Positions 17,415 to 26,105 of a stretch of DNA of 64,000 nucleotides are shown here, piece by piece. The stretch is from a virus. The stretch spans positions 64,001 through 128,000 of the IMG/VR virus record IMGVR_UViG_3300013004_000026. One strand, written 5' to 3'. How positions within the stretch are numbered: position 1 is the first letter of the stretch; each line of letters starts with the position of its first letter. The notes under the pieces were generated by a model. It ran no database searches, had not been told where the DNA came from, and was given only the letters and a program-made list of their open reading frames with translations. Both the position numbers and the translations under genes were made by a program.

Positions 17415-18242
17415 TTACTTGTTGTCAGTCTGTGCGGCCAATGCGGCCTTGACTGCGGCTTCTACTGCAACACGGATCAAGTCAGCTGTTGCAGTGTCAG
17501 TAGCGGCTTCCACTTGCACAGGTGCAATGAACGCTTCGTCTGGGTGTACACCCAATTCACCAATTACTTCATAACGGCATGCACGGCCCTTGGTTGCATT
17601 GTAGTCAGCTGGGATGCTAACAACATCGCGTGGGTTGATCTTCAAGATCACAGTGCGGCTGTCATGCCTACCAAAGTGGTCCAAGTACTCCTTGGAGCAA
17701 AAGTGCAGGCCTGCGGAACAGGTGCGATTCTGATCGTCATCTACCTCATTGCGTTCCATTTCTACCACAGTGCCAGGAGCATTGCTCATGGTGCCTGAGT
17801 AGATGTCCAAAAAGTCGGCTCGCACTTTCTTGTAAGCCAAGAAGTGACCGTCTGGAGTGAGTGGCAGATTGCCTTTTTCCAAGAAGCCATACAGTTCTTC
17901 AACTGCTCGCTTGCTGGGGTTCTGCATCAGGTTCTCCATGAACATGATTAGCGGTTCAACTGGGAAACCATCTTGATACATTTCGATCAAGCGGTTGGTA
18001 AGTACACCTGACATTTCGCGTTCCTTGTAGAACACCTTGCTGCCTTGCACAGCCACATGGCCTGCACCATAGCTGAGAATCTCTCGGGCAGGATCCACAA
18101 CCTGCTTCACAGCATCCCAGTCATTGTCCTTGATAGCTTGTTTCAGCTTTTCGTAGCCAATGTGAGTGGATGTAACGGTATGGGGCTGGTTGTCAATGAT
18201 AACAACAATGTTCTTGCCCTGGATCAGATATGGAAATGCCAT
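17415..18242 (-). CDS. rIIB: RIIB-like protein
   Basis: NLMQNPS, TPDGHFLAYKKV, CSAGLHFCS, PRDVVSIPADY, RACRYEV; downstream of rIIA. Confidence 0.9.
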   Translation of the reverse strand: MAFPYLIQGKNIVVIIDNQPHTVTSTHIGYEKLKQAIKDNDWDAVKQVVDPAREILSYGAGHVAVQGSKVFYKEREMSGVLTNRLIEMYQDGFPVEPLIMFMENLMQNPSKRAVEELYGFLEKGNLPLTPDGHFLAYKKVRADFLDIYSGTMSNAPGTVVEMERNEVDDDQNRTCSAGLHFCSKEYLDHFGRHDSRTVILKINPRDVVSIPADYNATKGRACRYEVIGELGVHPDEAFIAPVQVEAATDTATADLIRVAVEAAVKAALAAQTDNK

Positions 18243-18243
18243 T

Positions 18244-20430
18244 TTATGCCTCTTTGTCAATCAAGTTAATGTACTGTGCCACCGCCACCGCATTGATGTC
18301 GTAGTCACGCAAACTGCTCAAGAGTGGATAGCGATTACGGATAGCAGTCAATTCACCTGTAATGCTTTGGACAACCGAATCTACATCAACTGGTGTTGCG
18401 TAGTCACGGCACAAACGTTCCAAACTGTGACGCTCAACTTTCACATCATCAATGCCTTTGAACTGAGCCAAAAACTTTGAGTATGGGCTGTTGCTGTCTA
18501 CCAGTTTTGCAATGTCGTTATTGTAACGGAAAACCTTGTTGAGGTCAATCTGTTTCATTGCACATTTCTGCACAATGGTTGCATCCAATTTTGCCAAAAC
18601 TGCACGGATATGATCCTGTACATTGATCCAATTAGATTGGGTCTTGATGTGCTCAATGTCTGTTTTACGAACGCCGTAAATGGTGATGCCATGCAGGCCC
18701 GAGATGCCTGATTCAGTAACCATGTCGCTGAAGTTGCGCAGATTATGGATAGCAGGACCTTCAGTTTCCACTGTGAAACCTTTGAGTGGCAGATAGTAGT
18801 AGGTTTCTGTATCTTCAAAGTCAGCGGTTGTGCCTGCATTCTTCCATACCAGCTCACGCTCTTTGTGATAACCACCGTAGCCTCGTCGTTGCAGGCTCAT
18901 GATCGAAACATTGGCACCCATGCCAGCACCGGTGGTCTTGCGATCTTTTTCAATCAAGTCACTGGCCAACATGCGCTGTTCCACAGGAGGTTCACGCAGT
19001 TCTGCGAAGAAACCCAGCGTGTCCATCACATGGCCTTTGGTAGCAGGGCTCATCACATACACTGTGGTACTGTAGCCAGTGCCAGGCAGCTTGACACCTT
19101 TGCTCTCTGCGGCACGCCAGTGATACTTGGCACGGCTCATGGCACCTACCCGTGTGTTGTTGGTAATAAACACTGACTGAGGATTGATGTTGAATTCCCA
19201 CACTTGCTCATAGTTGGTGTGAAGCTGGTCGTACACACGACCAGGCTTGACTTCTGAACAGGTGGCAGCACTGCGACCCTTGTTAAAAGCCAAGATTTCA
19301 ATATTGTAACGAGCAGCCAGGTCCTTGACATTGATCTTGAAAGGCACTGAGTGCATGTAGTTGTAACCACTTTGCGGGTCAATCAAATCAAAACCAGTGT
19401 CTTGCACATACTTGACCGCGGCTTGATTCCACAGGGTCTCACCTGCACCTGATCGCTTTTGCAGGAACTGCACTTTTTCCCAATCGTTGGTGATAGCATC
19501 TGCTTCCAGTGCCAGGTGAACAGCCAATTGGGCATTGAGTGCTTCTAGCTTGGTGCGGATAGCGTTGATGGTTTGTGGAATATAGCTCAGGCCTTCACGA
19601 CTGGCCTGGAAATCCAGTTCGCCAATGTCAAAGTGCATTTCCAACCCACAGCCCAAGAGCTTGTGCAATTCGCCTAGTGCAGTTTCTGGATTGGGCAAGT
19701 CAATTGGGTAGGCAATATTGCCCATCACAGCACGGCTGCCACGACCTGAAGTGTAGTGTACACCTGGAATGATGTTCCGGTCTTTGTACTCAACATCACG
19801 GAAGCGGAACTCACCGTCGCCACCAGATACCACAGGACGAAGTTGGAAATGGGTGTACACATAACGAGCTTCTTCTTCAAACTTGTAAAAGTCGCTACGG
19901 CTGTCAACTGCAAACTTGACCTCAACCCCATTGGGGTCTGTGCTGTCTTCACTGTGCATGAGCACAATGCTGGGCACGCCTTCGCCGTTGATAAAAGCAG
20001 AGTACACATTGCGAGTGCCGTCTTTGATAGCAGTCACAGTGAAATTGTCTGTGTAGGAGAAGGGCGACTTGGAGCCCAAGCCCAGGGCACCAATGAACGC
20101 ATTGGACTCTGTCTTGGTAGACTCAAAGTAGGTGGTGTAGATGCTTTGCACTTGCTCGTGGGTGAGACCAGTACCATAGTCACGGATTGAGAAAGTTGGA
20201 TCAATGGTGTTGGGCAGATGCACATCAAACGGTGTATCTTGTTGGCCTGCGGCTGTGTGGCTGTCCACAGCATTACAACTCAGCTCACGGACGATGGCGC
20301 GAATCTTGTTGGCATACAAACCTGAGGAAAGGATGTTGAAGGCCTTGGCACTGTTGCGAATACGGAACTCGCCAATTTCGCCTACATTAGACAGAACAGC
20401 TTCGTGGGCTGGTGCAGTATTGATAATCAA
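18244..20430 (-). CDS. rIIA: RIIA-like GHKL ATPase protein
   Basis: AFNILSSGLY, RELSCNAVDS, IRDYGTG, GALGLGSKSPF, SREGLSY; TTG start with AAGGAG SD. Confidence 0.9.
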   Translation of the reverse strand: MIINTAPAHEAVLSNVGEIGEFRIRNSAKAFNILSSGLYANKIRAIVRELSCNAVDSHTAAGQQDTPFDVHLPNTIDPTFSIRDYGTGLTHEQVQSIYTTYFESTKTESNAFIGALGLGSKSPFSYTDNFTVTAIKDGTRNVYSAFINGEGVPSIVLMHSEDSTDPNGVEVKFAVDSRSDFYKFEEEARYVYTHFQLRPVVSGGDGEFRFRDVEYKDRNIIPGVHYTSGRGSRAVMGNIAYPIDLPNPETALGELHKLLGCGLEMHFDIGELDFQASREGLSYIPQTINAIRTKLEALNAQLAVHLALEADAITNDWEKVQFLQKRSGAGETLWNQAAVKYVQDTGFDLIDPQSGYNYMHSVPFKINVKDLAARYNIEILAFNKGRSAATCSEVKPGRVYDQLHTNYEQVWEFNINPQSVFITNNTRVGAMSRAKYHWRAAESKGVKLPGTGYSTTVYVMSPATKGHVMDTLGFFAELREPPVEQRMLASDLIEKDRKTTGAGMGANVSIMSLQRRGYGGYHKERELVWKNAGTTADFEDTETYYYLPLKGFTVETEGPAIHNLRNFSDMVTESGISGLHGITIYGVRKTDIEHIKTQSNWINVQDHIRAVLAKLDATIVQKCAMKQIDLNKVFRYNNDIAKLVDSNSPYSKFLAQFKGIDDVKVERHSLERLCRDYATPVDVDSVVQSITGELTAIRNRYPLLSSLRDYDINAVAVAQYINLIDKEA

Positions 20431-20460
20431 CTCAAACTCCTTTTTACTTAATATGCTATT

Positions 20461-20518
20461 ATTGTAGCAAAATGGGCCAAAACGGTCAACCGTTTTTTTG
20501 TGTGGTAAAAATGCTACA
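20461..20518 (-). promoter_or_regulatory. early promoter + 18-bp palindrome upstream of rIIA
   Basis: AAACGG-TTGACC-N17-TACAAT; TGTGGT-N6-GCTACA at 20501-20518. Confidence 0.8.
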
Positions 20519-20759
20519 GATATCCGCGATCAAAATTTCCGTGTACAGCATACCACCGGAAAAAGATGGGCTCGTACTCTGTCCAACTGCATACCGCCCA
20601 CTCTTCTTCGCGTTCGACTTGCCAGGGCTTGAGGGTGTTACTCAGCAGGGCCCAGAACAATTTTTTGTTGTGCTTGGTAACCTGTGCCTTGGCCGAACTT
20701 TCCTTAGCATACATGCCAATCAACTGACCTGACTCTTTTTTATAAACTACAAATCGCAT
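20514..20759 (-). CDS. hypothetical protein
   Basis: ORF track. Confidence 0.7.
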   Translation of the reverse strand: MRFVVYKKESGQLIGMYAKESSAKAQVTKHNKKLFWALLSNTLKPWQVEREEEWAVCSWTEYEPIFFRWYAVHGNFDRGYL

Positions 20760-21185
20760 TTACCAACTCGAATTATAGAATACTTTGAGCCCGCAGAACA
20801 ATTCTGCTCTTGCATTACGGATAAATTCCAGGTCTTGATTCTTATAGTAATCATCAGATTGATCGCCAAAAAAGAACCCTGTGGTAGACGGAAGTTGGCT
20901 ATTCTTCACAACATATTCGAGCTCATCTAGATCTTCCCAGGTCAGCTCTAGCTCTACGCCGTTGAATGTAGGATCATCAGATGGGCCTACTTTGCCTTTG
21001 CGTACCCAAAGCTGGCGCATCCAGCCTTGGAGGTTGGGATGCTTGCGCCAGTAGGCAAGCTCTCGTGGTTTCTCCACGCTACGACTGTTGTAGTCCTTGG
21101 TCACAGGATCTATTTCCGCTGATTCCCAAAATTCAGCTTGTTGATTGGCCCGGGCGGCCACATACGCATATTGATCTAATCCCAT
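20760..21185 (-). CDS. conserved phage protein (MGLDQY...YWRKHP family)
   Basis: MGLDQY, AYWRKHPNLQGWM, GFFFG, YNSSW. Confidence 0.8.
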   Translation of the reverse strand: MGLDQYAYVAARANQQAEFWESAEIDPVTKDYNSRSVEKPRELAYWRKHPNLQGWMRQLWVRKGKVGPSDDPTFNGVELELTWEDLDELEYVVKNSQLPSTTGFFFGDQSDDYYKNQDLEFIRNARAELFCGLKVFYNSSW

Positions 21186-21194
21186 ATCAACTCC

Positions 21195-21434
21195 TTAAAC
21201 AAATGCTCTAAACAAACCAGTAGCACCAATTGACAGTGCTACCACATTTACCAACAGTTGCGGGCGGTTACTCACTCGCAGACTCCAAATCAAAAACAAT
21301 ATGGTACCAATAAAGAAAGCCACAATATTGTAGGGATACACCGTAGGGCCCACAGCATTGAGACTGTGGCCAGCAATGATAAACACTGCACCTATCCACT
21401 GTAGTATTTCGTTGGTCTTAATCAAAAGGCACAT
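21195..21434 (-). CDS. small membrane protein
   Basis: Three TM segments. Confidence 0.65.
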   Translation of the reverse strand: MCLLIKTNEILQWIGAVFIIAGHSLNAVGPTVYPYNIVAFFIGTILFLIWSLRVSNRPQLLVNVVALSIGATGLFRAFV

Positions 21435-21636
21435 CCTTCATTTTCTTTTTACCTGTCCAATGATCCATTGTAACACAAACGCCTCTAAACTGCACACCCA
21501 ATGGATCATCAGATCTTTTAGGCAATTCTTTGAGAGCTTGTTTACAGGCCGCCTTGGTGGGCATGGTTACCGAAATCTTGTCCATGAAATCACCACCAGG
21601 GCTTAATAGTTCAATTATCAGTACCCATTCTTTCAT
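21418..21636 (-). CDS. hypothetical protein
   Basis: ORF track; GAGG SD. Confidence 0.65.
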   Translation of the reverse strand: MKEWVLIIELLSPGGDFMDKISVTMPTKAACKQALKELPKRSDDPLGVQFRGVCVTMDHWTGKKKMKDVPFD

Positions 21637-21645
21637 AGTGCTTCC

Positions 21646-21783
21646 TCAAACATGCAGTGGGTTACGACGGCGCAGGTGTGCATTAGCGGCTTCTCGGCTG
21701 TCAAAGCGACCGCTGATAGGTGTCTGGTGTGCGCCACGCACAATGTACCAACCACCTAGTACTGCATTATACACGACTTTCAT
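21646..21783 (-). CDS. 45-aa hypothetical protein (MKVVYNAVLGGWYIVRGAHQTP...), absent from track
   Basis: Hand translation; TAATG stop/start coupling. Confidence 0.65.
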   Translation of the reverse strand: MKVVYNAVLGGWYIVRGAHQTPISGRFDSREAANAHLRRRNPLHV

Positions 21784-22073
21784 TATGCGGCTTCCAACAT
21801 GTTAGCAGGCACTTTCCACAAGCCACTGGTGATGCGACCAGTGTTGGATTCGCGAACGGTGACATACTTGATAGCAACCTTTTCCACAGTGCCCACAATG
21901 GTCACACCGCGTTTGGTGCTGGTAAACTTAACAGTGTCACCTTTACGGAACTCGCGAATCTTTACAGAACGAAGTTGTGCGCGAGCATACTGCACGGCGC
22001 TCTGGATTGAATCCAGTTGTTCATTGGTAAAGTTACCAAACATAATAGCAGAGTTGATTTGCTTGATGTCCAT
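21783..22073 (-). CDS. SH3-like early protein
   Basis: FRKGDTVKF..GTVEKV..WKVPANML. Confidence 0.7.
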   Translation of the reverse strand: MDIKQINSAIMFGNFTNEQLDSIQSAVQYARAQLRSVKIREFRKGDTVKFTSTKRGVTIVGTVEKVAIKYVTVRESNTGRITSGLWKVPANMLEAA

Positions 22074-22078
22074 GTGTG

Positions 22079-22138
22079 CTCCTTTTGTTTAACTTAGCCT
22101 ATAGTATAGCAAAATGGGAAATTATGGTCAACTGTTTT
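22079..22138 (-). promoter_or_regulatory. repeated early promoter cassette (copy C)
   Basis: Near-identical to copy B. Confidence 0.9.
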
Positions 22139-22410
22139 TATTCAGAAAACTCGTACATGAACTGGGCCATGCTGGGGTCCATTTTAACCAGATCTTGTGC
22201 GGCGCCAGTGAGAGCGCGATAGCGAGCCTGTACTTGACTGCGGGGTAGTTCACCATCACAGCTCAAATTTTCAGGGCTGAGCTTGCAGTCAATCATTTCT
22301 GCCACACGCTTGCGGCCCGCGGCTGTGGCAACTTCGTATGCTACAAACTTACCGTTGAACATGCTGGCCCATTGATTTTCCTGGGCGATCAGTGCGTTGA
22401 GTGCTTTCAT
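22138..22410 (-). CDS. hypothetical early protein (LSPENLSCDGE family)
   Basis: ORF track; behind cassette D. Confidence 0.75.
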   Translation of the reverse strand: MKALNALIAQENQWASMFNGKFVAYEVATAAGRKRVAEMIDCKLSPENLSCDGELPRSQVQARYRALTGAAQDLVKMDPSMAQFMYEFSE

Positions 22411-22416
22411 TACTGG

Positions 22417-22525
22417 CTCCTTTTGTTTAACTTAGCCTCTAGTATAGCAAAATGGGCCAAAACGGTCAACCGTTTGGATAGTTGCAAAAAAGCAACAAAA
22501 AACCCTAGTAAATGCTAGGGTTTTT
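22417..22525 (-). promoter_or_regulatory. repeated early promoter cassette (copy D) + palindrome + terminator hairpin
   Basis: Cassette 22417-22475; AGTTGC-N6-GCAACA at 22480-22497; aaccctagt-aaat-gctagggtt hairpin. Confidence 0.85.
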
Positions 22526-22540
22526 GTTAGTATTTTAGTA

Positions 22541-23914
22541 TTACATTTTGGCCCTGAGCTTGTAGCGTTGTATTTTGCCTGTTTGGGTGCGCGGCAGCTG
22601 ATCTATAATTGCCATTTCTTTCACGTGCTGGTGCACCAGTTCATGACTCACTGTTTGGTCTGGCGTTGGCACAATATATGCCTTGAGTCTAGCATGTCCA
22701 TTGTCCTGCACTTGCCCTACCACCACGGTTTCCTGCACACCTGGTATATTCAACAAGGCCTGCTCGATCGCTGACAGGTCAACATAGTTACCATTAACTT
22801 TGATTACATCGCTAGCACGACCCAGGAAATATAAATTGCCAGCTTGATCTTGTTCCACAATGTCGCCTGTGGGCATCCACTCGCCAAATTGTTTTGCACT
22901 CCAATGCTTGTCATGCCAATAATACAGTCCGGCAGTGGGCGCTTGAATGTACAGGTGTCCGTCTCGTATGTCAATTTCATACCCGGGGATCACCCGACCA
23001 ATTGAATGTACTGGTGCATCGCCACTGTTGTAGGCCAAAGCTCCGGCAATTTCTGTGCTGCCATAAAGATTATGAATGTCAATGCCAGTGATTGTTTTCC
23101 AGCGATCATAAATGGTTGCTGACAATTTATCTGCTCCAGAAATGCATTTGCGCAAACAGTGTCCTTGCAGATTTTGTTCGCTCAGCTTGCCATACAACAC
23201 CGGAATCATGATTAAAAATGTCACTTGCTTTGATACCACAAGATTGGCTATGGTAGTTGGCACAAAAATACCAGGGTGCAAAATCACAGTGGCGCCAGCA
23301 AACAGCGTGGCCCAGAGATTGAACATGCCAAAACTGTAAAACAGCTTGGCAGCATTGAAAGTTCTGTCTTTACTAGTGTACCCCAGATGCGGACCTGTCA
23401 CTGTGCCAATGATATAAGGTGTGGCCTGTCTATGAACCACGGCTTTGGGATGCCCGGTAGTGCCTGAAGTGTACATGAATATACAGGCTGCATCTCTATG
23501 TGACTTGTAACCTGCCACAGGTGCATGTTCGTATGATATCAATGACTTGTTCATTGAATAATCTAGGCCTAGTTCTAGGTCATTTTCTTTTACTACCATA
23601 ACAGCACCTGAGTGCTGTATACAGTAACACAAGGAGTCCTTGTTGGCTCGTGGATCCAACGGCACCGCTACCATGCCGCCGTAGATCACAGCTAGCATCA
23701 GCGCAACAGTTTCGGCTGAATCTTTCATTACAATGGCTACTCGTTGTTCAGGCTGAATGCCCAGGGCCTGTAGCCATGCAGCCAGTTGACCCACACGCTG
23801 TTCTAGTTCAGCATAGGTCCAGATTTGTTCTGCATCTTCAATGGCTATGGCTGCAGGATTAGATGTTTTGAAAAGTTCAACAACAAAATTAAATTGATCA
23901 GGTATGGTTTGCAT
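22541..23914 (-). CDS. AMP-forming acyl/aryl-CoA ligase (benzoate-CoA-ligase-like)
   Basis: YTSGTTGHPK P-loop, AAKLFYSFG, YGSTE, TGD, GRASDVIK, PRTQTGKIQR. Confidence 0.85.
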   Translation of the reverse strand: MQTIPDQFNFVVELFKTSNPAAIAIEDAEQIWTYAELEQRVGQLAAWLQALGIQPEQRVAIVMKDSAETVALMLAVIYGGMVAVPLDPRANKDSLCYCIQHSGAVMVVKENDLELGLDYSMNKSLISYEHAPVAGYKSHRDAACIFMYTSGTTGHPKAVVHRQATPYIIGTVTGPHLGYTSKDRTFNAAKLFYSFGMFNLWATLFAGATVILHPGIFVPTTIANLVVSKQVTFLIMIPVLYGKLSEQNLQGHCLRKCISGADKLSATIYDRWKTITGIDIHNLYGSTEIAGALAYNSGDAPVHSIGRVIPGYEIDIRDGHLYIQAPTAGLYYWHDKHWSAKQFGEWMPTGDIVEQDQAGNLYFLGRASDVIKVNGNYVDLSAIEQALLNIPGVQETVVVGQVQDNGHARLKAYIVPTPDQTVSHELVHQHVKEMAIIDQLPRTQTGKIQRYKLRAKM

Positions 23915-23926
23915 ACCTGTATTTAA

Positions 23927-25081
23927 TTAGTGGAACATCAGGAAACTATTAATCACATCCAAACGATTGGCAGCTCGATCACCGTGCCCTGCTGGGAATA
24001 TGACCACATTCCATTTGGGTTTGGGCCCTTCTGGAACAGTCAACATCTGATCATAGGTAATGATAGTGTCTGCATCCAGTTTGTGCATGGAAGCAAGTTT
24101 TTGTTTGAATTCTTCCCAGGCTTCGGGGCTGGCAACCTGTGTACGACCTTTTTCGTCTTTCACATACTTGCCCTTGGCATCGGTTACAAACAAAGTACGG
24201 AACATGTCCTTGGGCACAGTGATTGCATCCTTGACCACGTTGCCAGCCTGCTTGTGTACTGCCACCTTCTTGACTTCACGACTTTGAGAGCCCGAACTGA
24301 AATTCACAATAAAGTTGGCAGGCTTGTTGCCCACTGCCACATCGCCCATTTTGGTATAGGCATAGAACTTTACATCAGGATTGTTGTTGGCCACACTGTA
24401 GGCCAAGTCTAGGTATTCTTTTGAAAAGAAATCACCAGCATCATGCCAACGCACTACCAGTCTAATACTGTGCTTGTCTGTTTTGCCTTTGAGTGTTTTG
24501 ACTTCACGATCCACCATGGCCATATAACCTTCTGGGTCGTTTACCAAAAAGTTTAGAGCTTGTGCAGCACTCATTGAGCTGGCTGGAAACATCACATAAC
24601 CGCCTTTTCTAGCATAACAAAACAGTTGGCATTCACCTGCACCCGGGCAGGTTGTTATCTCAACAAAGTCGCCATTGCTTTCATCTACTACAATACCTGA
24701 CAGTGCTGGCAAAGTGAGGTCGTATACAATTTCGCCTTCTGTACGACTCTTTTCCATCTTGGCATTGGTGCCCAGGATCTTGGAAGGGCGTTTCATGATC
24801 TGTTGAGCCAGGTCGTCTAGATCCCATTTGTCGTCTGGATTATCGCTTTGTGTGATAGCTTTGATATTGCTACCATGAACAATTGGAGCAAACCTGTCGC
24901 GTTTGGTTTTGGTGCCAGTTTTGATACGATCAGCATAGCCTTGTAATTCGTCACGACTCATACGACGCTGCGGAGCATCTAGTTTAAGAGTTTCTTCAAC
25001 ATCTTGATCTTCGATGTTCAAAGCCTGCACCTGGAAACCGCCCAGCGTTCTTGTTTCGTTTACTAATTCATTGTATCTCAT
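23927..25081 (-). CDS. GP88-like protein with capsid-targeting-like N-terminus
   Basis: MRYNELVNE; TCPGAGECQLFCYARKG, RWHDAGDF, YAYTK. Confidence 0.75.
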   Translation of the reverse strand: MRYNELVNETRTLGGFQVQALNIEDQDVEETLKLDAPQRRMSRDELQGYADRIKTGTKTKRDRFAPIVHGSNIKAITQSDNPDDKWDLDDLAQQIMKRPSKILGTNAKMEKSRTEGEIVYDLTLPALSGIVVDESNGDFVEITTCPGAGECQLFCYARKGGYVMFPASSMSAAQALNFLVNDPEGYMAMVDREVKTLKGKTDKHSIRLVVRWHDAGDFFSKEYLDLAYSVANNNPDVKFYAYTKMGDVAVGNKPANFIVNFSSGSQSREVKKVAVHKQAGNVVKDAITVPKDMFRTLFVTDAKGKYVKDEKGRTQVASPEAWEEFKQKLASMHKLDADTIITYDQMLTVPEGPKPKWNVVIFPAGHGDRAANRLDVINSFLMFH

Positions 25082-25278
25082 TTTTGTCTTCCTGACTTCA
25101 TGTTTGCACACCAATGGTACATCTTGCCTTTTTCACCACCGTGCTTTTTAGCCTTGGCTCTGAGACTGGTCACACTGCCATCACAGCTGGCACCTGAGCG
25201 TTTTACACGACCAGGACGACTCTTGCCTTTGACCTTGCCGTCGGCAAAGTTTTCAGTGATAATTTCATTTATTTTCAT
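25078..25278 (-). CDS. small basic putative internal head protein
   Basis: MKINEIITE leader followed by a K/R/G-rich domain. Confidence 0.75.
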   Translation of the reverse strand: MKINEIITENFADGKVKGKSRPGRVKRSGASCDGSVTSLRAKAKKHGGEKGKMYHWCANMKSGRQK

Positions 25279-26105
25279 TATTGTACATAGTCCATGAGAT
25301 TCACATTCTGACTGTTTTCAAGGTATTCGCGAATGTCATATTTAATATCAGTATTTCCGTATAGCGGATACTCTTTCCAGATCTGAACACCTTCTAAAAA
25401 ACTGCGATTGAATGCAGCAATTACTTCTTGTACATATTTTTCTGAGGTTGGCATTAATGTACGACGACTGCCTGATTGTCTGCGACGCAGCCACAGTTCT
25501 AGATCCTGTGCAATCACCTTGCCATTGGGACGATCACTAAACAGGTCGTCATCGTCTGTGTCTTCGCCCAGTGCTCGTACCTCAGCATAGGCCTGCTGTA
25601 TGAGCTTGGTTAACAAACTGCCCAGGTTGTATTCCATGGATTGAGCACAGTCGTACTGTATTTCTTCAATTTTACTGATATCATCCTCATCATACACTTC
25701 CATGAGCATTTCTTCTACATAAGCCCATAGTTCGCTTTCTGCACGAACTTCTGGAATAAAGTCCATGAGTATGTCGCCCAACCGATCTTCGTCCTGGATT
25801 ATCTCAGGCTCAGCAGCTAGAGTGTTCATGATACCAGGTAGTACCTGCACAGCTTCACGAGTGATCATCTGGTCAGCTAGTTCGTACACCTCTTCATTGC
25901 CACGAAATACTCTGTTAGCAGCAGCAAGGTCGCTGGAGATAGCACGAATAGTTATACCAGCATTGCTGCCCAGACCCTGAATGATGTCTTGAATCATTTC
26001 TGGTATGTTGGCATTAAAGGTAGCGCGGCGAATGTCACGGCCCACACGCTCGCTGTTGCCAAACATGTCGTTATCGTCATTTTCTAATAGTTCGTTGTAT
26101 CTCAT
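25278..26105 (-). CDS. acidic-tag polyprotein 1 (2 modules)
   Basis: MRYNELLE-NDDNDMFG; internal LGE-DTDDDDLFS. Confidence 0.75.
   Translation of the reverse strand: MRYNELLENDDNDMFGNSERVGRDIRRATFNANIPEMIQDIIQGLGSNAGITIRAISSDLAAANRVFRGNEEVYELADQMITREAVQVLPGIMNTLAAEPEIIQDEDRLGDILMDFIPEVRAESELWAYVEEMLMEVYDEDDISKIEEIQYDCAQSMEYNLGSLLTKLIQQAYAEVRALGEDTDDDDLFSDRPNGKVIAQDLELWLRRRQSGSRRTLMPTSEKYVQEVIAAFNRSFLEGVQIWKEYPLYGNTDIKYDIREYLENSQNVNLMDYVQ

Noticed and set aside
3491-22475. Dispersed ~60-nt repeats as CRISPR array or IS ends
   Set aside because: Copies are kilobases apart, contain -35/-10/SD elements, and there are no cas or transposase genes.
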